This document shows positions 25,917 to 35,657 of a stretch of 64,000 nucleotides of DNA, one piece after another. Positions within the stretch are counted from its first letter, which is position 1. Every line of letters starts with the position of its first letter. Where the stretch lies: the NCBI GenBank assembly GCA_964373715.1, contig CAYJVR010000002.1:5714-69713 (forward strand). The letters run 5' to 3'. The position numbers were made by a program, and so were the translations under genes. The DNA is from an uncultured Planctomycetia bacterium (GTDB taxonomy: Bacteria; Omnitrophota; Gorgyraeia; 1-14-0-20-64-10). The notes beneath the pieces were generated by a model. That model saw nothing but the letters and a program-made list of their open reading frames with translations. It did not search any database and was not told where the DNA came from.

Positions 25917-27791
25917 AGTTTTTTGCGCCGCCGGCACGGCGGCCAAAAGGAACAGCAGTTCAATCCCCGCGTAAATGCCGCAGCTGGCGGCAATTCCGGA
26001 AGTGAAACCGTAGGAATGGAGGCCCACCCCAAGCAGGTTGATCCCGAACCATGCCCACATCACCACGATTCCGCCGAAAACGCAGGCGGCCGCGGTGCCG
26101 ACCTGCCGGATCAGGCCGGCTAATCTGGAGTGCAGGATGATGCCGCACCAGAGGACGATCATGAGCGCCCCGTTCTCCTTCGGGTCCCATCCCCAGAAAC
26201 GCCCCCAGGACTGGTCGGCCCAGATACCCCCTAAGGCGGTTCCGAGCGCGGAAAAGAGGAGGCCGAACATCAGGCTCGCCAGCATCATCTTGTGGGTCTT
26301 CTCAAGCGGGGCTTTCTCCCGGGGTTTGAAGATCGCCTGGATCAGGTAGATATGGCCGAGGATGCCGGCCACACAGCAGCCGGCGTAGCCGGTGGTGATC
26401 GCCACCACGTGGGTACTCAGCCAGAAGTTTGAATTCAGCACCGCCACGAGCATCCTCATCGTGTCCCCCTCGGCCCCGAATTTCCCGGAGATCGTCATCA
26501 GGAGGACCCCCGCGGCCGAAGCGACGGCGATGCCCAGCCCTTTGCGGTGGGTCGCTTCAAGCAGAAGCCCCAGCAGGGCGGCGATCCAGCTGACGAAGAT
26601 AAAGGTTTCATACAGGTTACTTACCGGGGGACGGCCGAGGATCGTGATGCGGCAGGCCAGTCCGAACGTGTGCAGCAGCAGCGCTGCGCCCGCCGATACG
26701 GAGGCCAGCGCATACCGCTTTTCTCGGGACAGCCCCAGGCCGGAGAGCAGAAACAGCAGGGCCGCGGCGTAGAGGATTCTGGCCCAGGAGAACGGGTTGA
26801 CCCGGTTGTACAAAAGTTCCACAGGGCTGAAACGGGCTCCGCGGAAACGGAGCGAACGGCCCCTGACCGAAGAGGTCAGTTGCCGCGAGGCATCGGCGAA
26901 TTCTTCGTTTTGCCCGTTCAGATAGCCGAAGCGCATCCGGGCGAGCTGGACAAGGTCATTGCGCACCTCGGGGCGGTAAAAATCGCTGGCGATCGCGTCC
27001 CACGGGCTTGTCCAATCCTCTCTGCCCGGTTTCATCGGGGGGAGGATTTTAAACGGGAGGTCCCGGTACTGCAGAGACCATTGGTAAAGGGCTCCCATCA
27101 GCCGAAAGGCCTCCCGTTCAAAATCGGACCATTGCTCCGGGCTTTTGTTGAGCAGGGAATCGCTCACCTTCCTCAGGCGGTGCGCGTTGAGCGCCAGCTC
27201 CAGGAAACTGAATTCCAGCCGGCCGTCGGGAAGCCCCATGAGCTGCCGGATGTCCGCCCTCGGTATGGAAAAATCCCGGTTCCGCTCGGTGAACCGGAGG
27301 CTGGCGGAGAGGTTCATGTAGAGCACGAGGTTTTCATGGACGCGGATCAGCTCGTTTTCGACGATCGTCCGTTCTTTCGGTTCGATGGAGGAGGAGGAAA
27401 GAGCCAGCTCGCGCAGTTTGGGGTACCCTTTTTCCAGTTCGGAAAAACTGTAGCGGTGCCGGCGTTCCGGCGCAGGTTCAAGCCCGATTGCCCGAGGGAT
27501 GTCCGGGTGGTTGATCAAGAAGACGGCGTCAGTGCCGGTTTTTGCCGGATCGAAAAGGAGCTTGGCCATCCAGGAGAGGGCCGGCTCTCCGTGGAACGAG
27601 CGCTTCCCCGAAAACTGCAGAAGGAGGTTGTTCGAGTACGTTTCCAGAGGTTTGACCCGGCCGTGCTCCAGGATGAGGAGTCCCTTCATCGCTTCGACGC
27701 TAAAAGGGGTGGAGCCGCCGTGCGCCGCGGTGCCGGTGAAGAGGAGCAGGGCCGCAGCTCCGAGCCAGAGGAACAGCCGGCGCCTGCTCAT
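25905..27791 (-). CDS. ccsA: Cytochrome c-type biogenesis protein CcsA (system II haem-handling WWD protein) with large N-terminal periplasmic extension
   Basis: WWD motif GGIWADQSWGRFWGWDPKENGALMIVLW; C-terminal TM bundle with conserved His; N-terminal signal/TM plus ~330-aa soluble domain; overlaps ccsB at ATGA. Confidence 0.75.
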   Translation of the reverse strand: MSRRRLFLWLGAAALLLFTGTAAHGGSTPFSVEAMKGLLILEHGRVKPLETYSNNLLLQFSGKRSFHGEPALSWMAKLLFDPAKTGTDAVFLINHPDIPRAIGLEPAPERRHRYSFSELEKGYPKLRELALSSSSIEPKERTIVENELIRVHENLVLYMNLSASLRFTERNRDFSIPRADIRQLMGLPDGRLEFSFLELALNAHRLRKVSDSLLNKSPEQWSDFEREAFRLMGALYQWSLQYRDLPFKILPPMKPGREDWTSPWDAIASDFYRPEVRNDLVQLARMRFGYLNGQNEEFADASRQLTSSVRGRSLRFRGARFSPVELLYNRVNPFSWARILYAAALLFLLSGLGLSREKRYALASVSAGAALLLHTFGLACRITILGRPPVSNLYETFIFVSWIAALLGLLLEATHRKGLGIAVASAAGVLLMTISGKFGAEGDTMRMLVAVLNSNFWLSTHVVAITTGYAGCCVAGILGHIYLIQAIFKPREKAPLEKTHKMMLASLMFGLLFSALGTALGGIWADQSWGRFWGWDPKENGALMIVLWCGIILHSRLAGLIRQVGTAAACVFGGIVVMWAWFGINLLGVGLHSYGFTSGIAASCGIYAGIELLFLLAAVPAAQKTLAR

Positions 27792-28849
27792 CCCGTTACC
27801 TCAGGGGCAGAGATGCGGCTGGCCACGAGCAGTGTGTGCACCGCCAGGCCGAGGACCAGCACGAATGTGGCGATGTAGGGCAGGAGCCGACCGGCGTTTT
27901 TAACGACGGCAAGCGTCGAGATCTCCCTGCCCGCCGGGTCAATCGCGTAGGAGGCCTGGTAAAAGGTGAAGTCCTTTTCTCGCAGAGGCTCGTTCATCGA
28001 TATGACCGTTGTGCGCGGCTGCCCGTGGCTGAAGACAGACACCTCGCTCTGGTAGCTCCGGGCAACCGCCGTTCCCGGATGGACCTCCATCCGGAAATCG
28101 TTGAGCTGTAGAAAAAAAGGAAGGGGCAGCCGCTTCCTCCGGAGCGATACCGCGTATTGGTCCTCTTTGATCTCGATGAGCGCCGGTGAGTCGTCCCCTC
28201 CGTGGAGCAGAAGGGTTTGGCCTGTTTCGGGAAGGCTGAATAGCCCGCCCGGCAGGTTTCTTTCCGGCTCCTTCTCCTGTTTGAGGGAGTTCAGCGAGGA
28301 ACCGGTCTTGTCGGCGTTGGGGTAGTAAACTTGCGGAACCAGCCGGAACCCGAACTCGCTGAAGTCGAGGGGATACCCTCTTTTGAGGTGCTCTGTATCG
28401 TAGGCGGTCACCTCTTTCTCCTGGGTCCCTGTTTTCCATACGGCCAGTTCCCAATCCTGGTTCGACTCGGAAAGGTTGGAACCGTCCCCCTCCGCGAGCG
28501 TCAGGTGGGTCTCCTGGCACAGTTGAAAGGTGATGAACCCGGAGATGAAGAAAAGGAAAACTCCCGCGTGAACAAGCGCGATGCCGGTTTTGTGCCGGTT
28601 GAATTTGAAGCGGGTGAAAACGGCGCACAAAAGGTTCAGGAAAAGGACCCACAGCACCAGCTGTCCGCCCGGAAACGGGATTCCGCGGATAATCCAGAAG
28701 GCGAAGGATTCGAAAAAATGTTTCTGAGCCAGGTACAGGCCGTGCTGCACCTGATAGACGGTTCCCCAGAACACGAGGATAAACAGCAGCAGAAGGCAGG
28801 AGACGGTTATCCGGAGTGAAGAGAGAACGGTCAGCAGATTTCTAAGCAT
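27788..28849 (-). CDS. ccsB: Cytochrome c biogenesis protein CcsB/ResB (short form)
   Basis: ResB-like N-terminus (LRITVSCLLLLFILVFWGTV), periplasmic domain, C-terminal TM; directly upstream of and overlapping ccsA. Confidence 0.65.
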   Translation of the reverse strand: MLRNLLTVLSSLRITVSCLLLLFILVFWGTVYQVQHGLYLAQKHFFESFAFWIIRGIPFPGGQLVLWVLFLNLLCAVFTRFKFNRHKTGIALVHAGVFLFFISGFITFQLCQETHLTLAEGDGSNLSESNQDWELAVWKTGTQEKEVTAYDTEHLKRGYPLDFSEFGFRLVPQVYYPNADKTGSSLNSLKQEKEPERNLPGGLFSLPETGQTLLLHGGDDSPALIEIKEDQYAVSLRRKRLPLPFFLQLNDFRMEVHPGTAVARSYQSEVSVFSHGQPRTTVISMNEPLREKDFTFYQASYAIDPAGREISTLAVVKNAGRLLPYIATFVLVLGLAVHTLLVASRISAPEVTG

Positions 28850-29471
28850 TTTCCCTCAGCGACCGGCATAGAAGAAGGAAGGGGTCCCGGTTTTCCCGGA
28901 CCGCCACCTTGGTGCCGGTCATCTTAAAGAAAAAGGTCTGGCCAGATGCCGTTACTATCGCGGCGTGCAAAGAAGGATCGGATGCGGGCCCCTCTTTTTG
29001 GAGAAACCCGAAATCCACAAGCTGGACGAGCAAACCTCCTGCTGATCTGATCTGCTCCTGGCCGGCGATGTAACGGTCCGCCGCTTCCTCCGACAGAGGG
29101 GGCAGTTTCAACTGTTCCATCCATCGTCGCACGTTGGCCTTTATGCCGCCGGCCCCTCCCGGAATCGAAACGACTGAACATTCCACAGGACTGTCCGCGT
29201 TCTTGTTCTTGAATGTGGCGATCCGCATGCCGTCTGCCGGTAAAGAGAACCATCCTTCCGGAAGGGTCCATTGTAGGGAAATGTTTGCGCCCGGTTTGGC
29301 CGGCACAGCGGTTTCCGCCGAAGAGGGGGCAGTCCTCTGGTCGGCGGTGACGGAGAGCTCCTTGTACCGCCGTTTTTTCGGCTCCGGAGAGCAGGCAACG
29401 CCGGTGGTCATCACGGAGATCAGAATAAGAGCAATGGCCGCGCTGCCTTTTTTCGAGCAAGGTTTAAACAT
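28842..29471 (-). CDS. Hypothetical exported protein / possible lipoprotein
   Basis: Signal sequence (AAIALILISVMTTGVAC/SPE); the Cys after the hydrophobic core gives a weak lipobox. The track ORF begins further upstream at 29552. Confidence 0.4.
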   Translation of the reverse strand: MFKPCSKKGSAAIALILISVMTTGVACSPEPKKRRYKELSVTADQRTAPSSAETAVPAKPGANISLQWTLPEGWFSLPADGMRIATFKNKNADSPVECSVVSIPGGAGGIKANVRRWMEQLKLPPLSEEAADRYIAGQEQIRSAGGLLVQLVDFGFLQKEGPASDPSLHAAIVTASGQTFFFKMTGTKVAVRENRDPFLLLCRSLRENA

Positions 29472-29592
29472 CAAGAGAAAAGGTTTTCTTTTTTGGTTTA
29501 ACCGGTGAATGAAACCTGCGGGTAAAAGTAGATTATACCGCATCATACCCAAACTGGTTCACGGAAGAGGGAATGGGGTAGAATAGTACGCT

Positions 29593-30195
29593 ATGCATAT
29601 ATGCTGTCTTGATCTTGAAGGAGTTCTCCTTCCGGAAATCTGGATCCAGGTGGCCGACCGGTTCAAGAAGAGGGAGCTCCGGCTGACCACGCGGGATGTG
29701 CCCGATTACGACAAGCTGATGAAGTACCGTCTCGGGATCCTGAGAAAGGAGGGGATCCGGCTGAAAGACATCCAGCGGGTGATCCGGAAGATGGAGCCTC
29801 TGCCCGGCGCGCGGCGGTTTCTGGACCAGTTAAGGAGTCAGGGGCCGGTGGTCATCCTGTCGGACACTTTTTACGAGTTCGCTCTGCCGGCCATGAGAAA
29901 ACTGGGGGACCCGGCCCTTTTTTGCAACTGGCTTCAGGTGGATAAGGCCGGCTTCATCGCCGGCTACACGCTCCGGCAGAAAGACGGCAAGAGGAAGGCC
30001 GTTCTCGGCCTGAAAAAGCTTGGCTTCGAGGTCCGGTCCGCTGGCGATTCGTACAACGACCTGACGATGCTGAAGACCGCCAACCGGGGCGTGCTGTTCA
30101 GCCCGCCCGACTCGATCCGGAAAAGCCACCCGGAATTCCCGGTAGCCCGGGATTACCGCCGGCTGTTTCAGCTGCTGCAGGCGAAGAACGGCTGA
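29593..30195 (+). CDS. thrH: HAD-family phosphoserine phosphatase / homoserine phosphotransferase, ThrH-like
   Basis: N-terminus MHICCLDLEGVLLPEIWI and SDTFYEF...AGDSYNDLTML closely track Pseudomonas ThrH as I recall it (MEIACLDLEGVLVPEIWI...SDTFYEF...AGDSYNDTTML). Confidence 0.65.
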   Translation: MHICCLDLEGVLLPEIWIQVADRFKKRELRLTTRDVPDYDKLMKYRLGILRKEGIRLKDIQRVIRKMEPLPGARRFLDQLRSQGPVVILSDTFYEFALPAMRKLGDPALFCNWLQVDKAGFIAGYTLRQKDGKRKAVLGLKKLGFEVRSAGDSYNDLTMLKTANRGVLFSPPDSIRKSHPEFPVARDYRRLFQLLQAKNG

Positions 30196-30208
30196 CAGGT
30201 CAATCTCC

Positions 30209-31363
30209 GTGGCCCACGTCCCGTTCTTCCTGGCTCTTCTGACCTTGCTGTGGATTGTCCCCGCCTCTTTTAAGGTGCTTTCTGGAAAAGCCTCCGTCAA
30301 ACTCCTCAAGGACATTCCTCTTGCCGAGGGGGGAACTCTGCCGAAGGTCACGGCCGTCATCCCGGCGAGAAACGAGTCGAAGAAGATCGAAGAAGGGCTC
30401 CGGTCCGTTCTGAGCCAGGTTTATTGGAACCTCGAGGTGATCGTCGTGGATGACCGGTCCACGGACGATACGGGCATGATTCTCGACCGGCTTGCCAAAT
30501 CCCATACCCGCTTGAAGGTGGTCCACATCAAGGAGCTTCCCGATGGCTGGCTCGGCAAAACCCACGCGCTGGATGTCGGGGCCGCCGAGGCGGCGGGTGA
30601 GTATCTCCTTTTCGCGGACGCCGATGTGGTGATGGACCCGACGGTGGTCAGCAGGGCGGTGGAGTACGCCGCGAAGAACAGGATCGATTTCCTTACCGCC
30701 GCTCCGGAGCTCAGGATGCCTGGGACTGCGCTGAAGGCCTTCGGCGGCGCCTTCACCCTCTTTTTCAGTTTTTACGCCGAACCATGGGAAGCGAAAAACC
30801 CGAAAAGCAGAAAATATATCGGGGTCGGGGCGTTCAGCCTCGTTCGGGTGAATGCCTACCGGTCGGCCGGCGCCCATAAAGCGATCCGGATGCGGCCGGA
30901 CGACGACATGAGGCTGGCGCAGCTCATGAAAAGCCGCGGCTTCCGGAGCGAATTCGTCTATGGGACCGGGCTTCTGAGGATCGAATGGTACAGCTCGGTC
31001 GGGGAAATGATCCATGGACTCATGAAAAATGCTTTCGCTGCCCTCGATTACAATCTGTCGGCCGTGGCCGGGACGACTTTGCTGATGCTCGCGATGAATG
31101 TCTGGCCGTTCATAGCCGTTTGGTTTGCCTCAAGGGCGGTTTTTTGGATGAACGCCGCCGTGATCTTTATCATTGCTCTTTTGTACTGGGACGATGCCCG
31201 GCGGCACGATACGAACCCCCTCTACGGGCTGGGATTTCCCGCAGCGGTGGTGTTGATGGTCTATATCATGTGGCGGGCGGCTTTGCTGACGATCAGCCGT
31301 AAGGGGATCGAATGGCGGGGCACTTTTTATCCGTTGACGGAGCTTCGCGCGCATGAGGTGTAG
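30209..31363 (+). CDS. Membrane-anchored family-2 glycosyltransferase
   Basis: GT2 motifs (VTAVIPARNES, VIVVDDRSTDDT, FADADV); N-terminal TM and C-terminal TM bundle. Confidence 0.7.
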   Translation: MAHVPFFLALLTLLWIVPASFKVLSGKASVKLLKDIPLAEGGTLPKVTAVIPARNESKKIEEGLRSVLSQVYWNLEVIVVDDRSTDDTGMILDRLAKSHTRLKVVHIKELPDGWLGKTHALDVGAAEAAGEYLLFADADVVMDPTVVSRAVEYAAKNRIDFLTAAPELRMPGTALKAFGGAFTLFFSFYAEPWEAKNPKSRKYIGVGAFSLVRVNAYRSAGAHKAIRMRPDDDMRLAQLMKSRGFRSEFVYGTGLLRIEWYSSVGEMIHGLMKNAFAALDYNLSAVAGTTLLMLAMNVWPFIAVWFASRAVFWMNAAVIFIIALLYWDDARRHDTNPLYGLGFPAAVVLMVYIMWRAALLTISRKGIEWRGTFYPLTELRAHEV

Positions 31364-31369
31364 AAGATA

Positions 31370-32167
31370 ATGATGAGTCTCGTCCAAGCGGTGATTTTGG
31401 GGGTGGTGGAAGGGGTTACCGAGTTTCTGCCGGTCTCTTCGACCGGCCATCTGATCCTTGCGTCGGCCTGGATGGGGCTTCAGGGGGAGGCGGTCAAAAG
31501 CTTCGAGGTGGTGATTCAGGCCGGAGCTCTCGGCGCGATCCTGATCCTTTACCGGCAGAGGGTTCTTTCTCTCGCGAGGGCCGTTTTCAGGGCGGATCCC
31601 TCCGGCAGGAAACTGCTCGCCAATTTGAGTTTGAGTTTTCTTCCGGCGGCTGTCGCCGGTGTCGCGCTGCACAAGCTGATCAAGGCCCGGCTGTTCAGCA
31701 CTTGGCCGGTTGTGGCCGCTTTGGCCTTGGGCGGCGTCGCTATGATTCTTGCGGAACGTTTGAGAAGGCCCTCTTCAAACCGGGCGCTCGATTCGATCAC
31801 GCCGAAAGAGGCTTTTCTCATCGGAATCGCCCAATGCCTGTCTCTCTGGCCGGGGACCTCCCGTTCGATGGTGACGATCGTCGCCGGCTTGCTGATTGGG
31901 TTGCCGCCGGTGGCGGCGGCCGAATACAGTTTTCTTCTAGCCATTCCAACGCTGGGGGCGGCCACGCTTTTTGAGATGAAGGAGGGGTTTTTATTCCTAC
32001 AGCAGGCAGGCCCGCTTTCCGTTCTCTGCGGATTTCTGACGTCGGCAGTTGTGGCGGTCCTCGCGGTCAAGGGATTTATCCGCTACCTGACTTACCGGGG
32101 ACTGGCCCCTTTCGGCTGGTACCGGGTCGGGCTGGCTCTTGTCCTCTGGTTGATTGTCTCCCGCTAA
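31370..32167 (+). CDS. uppP: Undecaprenyl-diphosphate phosphatase
   Basis: UppP/BacA signatures GVTEFLPVSSTGH and PGTSRS; 8-TM profile. Confidence 0.85.
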   Translation: MMSLVQAVILGVVEGVTEFLPVSSTGHLILASAWMGLQGEAVKSFEVVIQAGALGAILILYRQRVLSLARAVFRADPSGRKLLANLSLSFLPAAVAGVALHKLIKARLFSTWPVVAALALGGVAMILAERLRRPSSNRALDSITPKEAFLIGIAQCLSLWPGTSRSMVTIVAGLLIGLPPVAAAEYSFLLAIPTLGAATLFEMKEGFLFLQQAGPLSVLCGFLTSAVVAVLAVKGFIRYLTYRGLAPFGWYRVGLALVLWLIVSR

Positions 32168-32183
32168 GAGGGAGAAATCCGGA

Positions 32184-33326
32184 TCAGACGCGCGCGGCGC
32201 TTGGGATCAGCGGGTGGGTGTTGACGAACAGGATCCACTCCCGGCGGGCGCTGCCGAACTGGCGCCGCTTTTCTTTCAGCTGTTGCCGGACCGACCGGAT
32301 ATAGTCTGACGATTTTTTGGAGACGGCCATCCGGTATTCCCTCTCCCACTTTTCCCACTCGTAAAGAGCGGTTTTGAGGTCGGCATACCGCTTCTGCAGG
32401 CCGTCCAGCAGATGCGCAATCTCCGGGTGCTTCCGGTGGGCCAGTTCCTGCTCAACTTGCTGCCTTTCGGCGGCGGCCTTTGCCTCCAGAATCCGGTAGG
32501 GGGCCGTGCGGTAGAGTTTGCCGGTTAACCCGAAACAACTCAACACAGAGATGAGCCATTTGCTCGGGTCCCACTGGTACCAGCGGACACCGTTGCGGTA
32601 ATCGCCGGGAAATTTGTGGTGGAAGTTGTGGTACCCCTCGCCGTTGGTGATCAGCGCAACCAGCCAATGGTCTTTCGCGGTGGCGTTGATGTCGTAGGTG
32701 GCCCTGCCGAACGTGTGGCAGATCGAATTGATCGAGAAGGTGGAGTGGTGGACGAACGTTAGCCGTCCGACGACGCCCACCAGGAAGGCCCCGAGCAGGT
32801 GGCCGGTTAAGGCACCGATAATCACCGGTAGCAGAATGCCGGTGCCGATTGCCCACACGCCGTAATATTTGTGCTGATGCATGATCAACGGATTGGCGGA
32901 CAGATCCTTGACATTGGTGTAGTCGGTCTCCTGCTGCCAAAAGAGCATCCATTTGATATGGGCGTACCAGAAACCTTTTTTGATGTTGTAGGGGTCGTTC
33001 TCGGTGTCCACGTACCGGTGATGGTCCCGGTGCTGGGAGGCCCACATCAGGGCCGACTGCTCGAAAGCGGCCGCGCCGAAGAGCAGGGCGAGGAAGGTGA
33101 CGAACCGGTTGGCTTCGAACGACCGGTGTGCGAAAAGGCGGTGGTAGCCGACCGTGATGCTGAAACCGGTGGCGATGACCAGAATCCAAAACAGCAGCCA
33201 TTCCGTTCTCGATATGCCGTAATGCAGAGCGTACCAAGGAAGCGCTGTGAGCGTCATCAACAGCATAAACGCGAAGAAAATAACATTAGTCCAGTTAATG
33301 CCTCTGGTAATTCTACAAGGGGCCAT
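32184..33326 (-). CDS. Membrane acyl-CoA/acyl-lipid delta-9-type fatty acid desaturase
   Basis: Three His boxes: HRLFAHRSF, HRDHHRYVDTENDPYN, HNFHHKFPGDYR. Confidence 0.8.
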   Translation of the reverse strand: MAPCRITRGINWTNVIFFAFMLLMTLTALPWYALHYGISRTEWLLFWILVIATGFSITVGYHRLFAHRSFEANRFVTFLALLFGAAAFEQSALMWASQHRDHHRYVDTENDPYNIKKGFWYAHIKWMLFWQQETDYTNVKDLSANPLIMHQHKYYGVWAIGTGILLPVIIGALTGHLLGAFLVGVVGRLTFVHHSTFSINSICHTFGRATYDINATAKDHWLVALITNGEGYHNFHHKFPGDYRNGVRWYQWDPSKWLISVLSCFGLTGKLYRTAPYRILEAKAAAERQQVEQELAHRKHPEIAHLLDGLQKRYADLKTALYEWEKWEREYRMAVSKKSSDYIRSVRQQLKEKRRQFGSARREWILFVNTHPLIPSAARV

Positions 33327-33387
33327 TAAGATATCTCCTTAAATATGATTGCTTACTATTCTAACACGTTACTGCGGAGAGTGGGGG

Positions 33388-34587
33388 TTAAACCGCCTGG
33401 CCCGCCGCCCATCCGGAGGACCAGGCCCACTGGAAGTTGTATCCGCCGAGCCAGCCGGTGACGTCCACCACCTCCCCGATGAAGTAGAGGCCCGGCACCT
33501 TCTTTGATTCCATCGTTTTCGACGACAGCGCGTTCGTGTCCACACCTCCTCGTGTCACCTCGGCCCGCTGATAACCCACAGTATCCGCCGGAATAAATTC
33601 CCAGCGCTGAATCTTCCGGCAAAATTCCTGGACCGTTTTGTCCGGTGTTTGGGGGAGGGTTTTGTGTTCCGGCAGCCAGGCGGCGCACAGTTTTTCGGAG
33701 AGGTTTTTGGGGAGCAGTTCCGCCAGCAGGTTTTTGATCTCTGTCCGGGTCCCCTGCCGTTTTTTATCCAGCAGCCATTCCGAGAGCTTCTCGCCGGGCA
33801 GCGCCGGCGCGAGGTTAACGGAAACCGGTTTCCCCGGGCGCCAGTAAAGAGAGGCCTGCAGAGCGGCCGGCCCGCTTAAGCCAGAATGGGTGAACAGAAG
33901 GCTTTCCCGGAAAGAGACTCCGCCGCACCGGATTTCGGCGTCGGCTGAAATACCAGCGAGCCCGTCAAACAGCGCCTTCTCGGCCGGCTGGAAGCGGAAG
34001 CCGTCGAGCGCTGGGGCGGTTTCGACGATGTTTAACCCGAACTGGCGCGCGATCCGGTAGCCGAAATCGGTAGCTCCTATTTTTGGCAGCGAGAGCCCGC
34101 CTGTGGCGATGACCAGCGACTGCGATGAGAAATCCCCGAGGCTGGTGTGGATGGCGAACTGTCCGCCAGGGTTTTTTCCCACGGACTCAGCCGCGCAGTT
34201 CAGGAGGAATTCCGCGTTTGCTCTCGTGCATTCCGAGATGAGCATCTCGACGAGATCCATTGCTGACCGGTCACAGAAGAGTTGTCCCAGTTTCTTCTCG
34301 TGGTAGCGTATGCCGTACTCTTTCACCATCCGGATGAAATCCTCCGGCGTGAAGCGGGATAGGGCGGACCGGCAGAAATCCGGGTTGGCCGAGACGTAAT
34401 TTTCTGGGCCGGCCCCGGTGTTGGTGAAATTGCAGCGCCCTCCCCCCGAGATTTCGATTTTCCGGCCGATCTGGGGGGAATGTTCCAACAGAGCGACACT
34501 GCGCCCCCGGCGGCCCGCCTGGATTGCGCACATCATGCCGGCCCCGCCGGCTCCGATAATCACCACGTCGAACGGTTTCATCCCCAT
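33388..34587 (-). CDS. BaiN/HI0933-family NAD(P)/FAD-dependent flavoprotein
   Basis: DVVIIGAGGAGMMCA dinucleotide-binding motif; ISGGGRCNFTN signature of the HI0933-like family. Confidence 0.7.
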   Translation of the reverse strand: MGMKPFDVVIIGAGGAGMMCAIQAGRRGRSVALLEHSPQIGRKIEISGGGRCNFTNTGAGPENYVSANPDFCRSALSRFTPEDFIRMVKEYGIRYHEKKLGQLFCDRSAMDLVEMLISECTRANAEFLLNCAAESVGKNPGGQFAIHTSLGDFSSQSLVIATGGLSLPKIGATDFGYRIARQFGLNIVETAPALDGFRFQPAEKALFDGLAGISADAEIRCGGVSFRESLLFTHSGLSGPAALQASLYWRPGKPVSVNLAPALPGEKLSEWLLDKKRQGTRTEIKNLLAELLPKNLSEKLCAAWLPEHKTLPQTPDKTVQEFCRKIQRWEFIPADTVGYQRAEVTRGGVDTNALSSKTMESKKVPGLYFIGEVVDVTGWLGGYNFQWAWSSGWAAGQAV

Positions 34588-34685
34588 CAGAATAGCTGAA
34601 TCGGCCTTGAAAGCGAAGCCTCATGGGCCGCCTCGACTCGTGAGATAATGGGGATCCATCAGCACGCAAACAGGAGAGTCAACAA

Positions 34686-35108
34686 ATGACGGTGAAAGAA
34701 AAAAGCGTAGGGTCCTGGATATCCCTGATCCTGAGGGTGGCGATGGCTTCCTTGTTCGTCGCCGCGGTTATCCCGAAATGGAAGAGCGGTCCGGATGCGC
34801 TGCTCGAGAGTTTCAGGGCAATGTTTAAGGGGTCGTGGATTCCGATGCCTCTGGTGGAATTCGAGGCCCGGATGATTCCCTATGTCGAGACGCTGATTCC
34901 GATCTGGCTGATGAGCGGCCGGCGATTGAAGGAGGCCTGGATCATCACAGCGCTGGTGCTGGTTTCTCTTGCCTTCGGGATGCTCGCGGCGGGGCAGGGG
35001 GCCGTGGCCGCCAACAGCTACCTCTACGTGTTGATCTGCTGCGCCGGCCTTTACTTCAGCCCTGAGGACACGATTGCGCTCGGTGTTCCTGGAAAGAAAA
35101 GGAAATAA
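34686..35108 (+). CDS. Small integral membrane protein (DoxX/MauE-like fold?)
   Basis: 140 aa, four hydrophobic helices; family guess is only by size and topology. Confidence 0.35.
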   Translation: MTVKEKSVGSWISLILRVAMASLFVAAVIPKWKSGPDALLESFRAMFKGSWIPMPLVEFEARMIPYVETLIPIWLMSGRRLKEAWIITALVLVSLAFGMLAAGQGAVAANSYLYVLICCAGLYFSPEDTIALGVPGKKRK

Positions 35109-35111
35109 TCT

Positions 35112-35657
35112 GTGCGGAAACGGGTTTTTCCGGCAGCGGTCTTGGCGGCGATCGGCGCGGCGGCTTGTCTGTGCGGGGCCGCCGGCTCCGGGCCCGGTTC
35201 CCCCGGCCGGGGCAAGGTTCTGATTTTCGATGCCGCTTCAGGGAAAGAAGCCGAAGTGGACCGGGTGGTGAAGAGCGATGAGGAATGGCGCCAGCAGCTG
35301 ACCTCCGAGCAGTTCGGCGTCACCCGCCGGAAGGGGACCGAACCGGCTTTTACCGGCCTCTATCATGCCAGCAAAGAGCAGGGGATCTACAAATGCATCG
35401 GCTGCGGAACCGATCTCTTTGATTCCGATACCAAGTTTGATTCCGGCACCGGCTGGCCGAGTTTTTGGGCCCCTATCGCCCCGCAGAATGTCCGGCTGGA
35501 AAAAGACAGGAGTTTTTTTATGGATAGGATCGAGGTTTTGTGCGCCCGGTGCGACGCCCACTTGGGGCATGTTTTCGACGACGGCCCGCCCCCCACGAGA
35601 AAGCGGTTCTGCATGAATTCCGCCTCGTTTCAGTTTATGAAACGGCAGAAGCCATGA
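35112..35657 (+). CDS. msrB: Peptide methionine-R-sulfoxide reductase MsrB (exported)
   Basis: Zn-binding CIGCGTDLF...CARCDAHLGHVF and GTGWPSF motif; N-terminal signal peptide; GTG start. Confidence 0.85.
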   Translation: MRKRVFPAAVLAAIGAAACLCGAAGSGPGSPGRGKVLIFDAASGKEAEVDRVVKSDEEWRQQLTSEQFGVTRRKGTEPAFTGLYHASKEQGIYKCIGCGTDLFDSDTKFDSGTGWPSFWAPIAPQNVRLEKDRSFFMDRIEVLCARCDAHLGHVFDDGPPPTRKRFCMNSASFQFMKRQKP

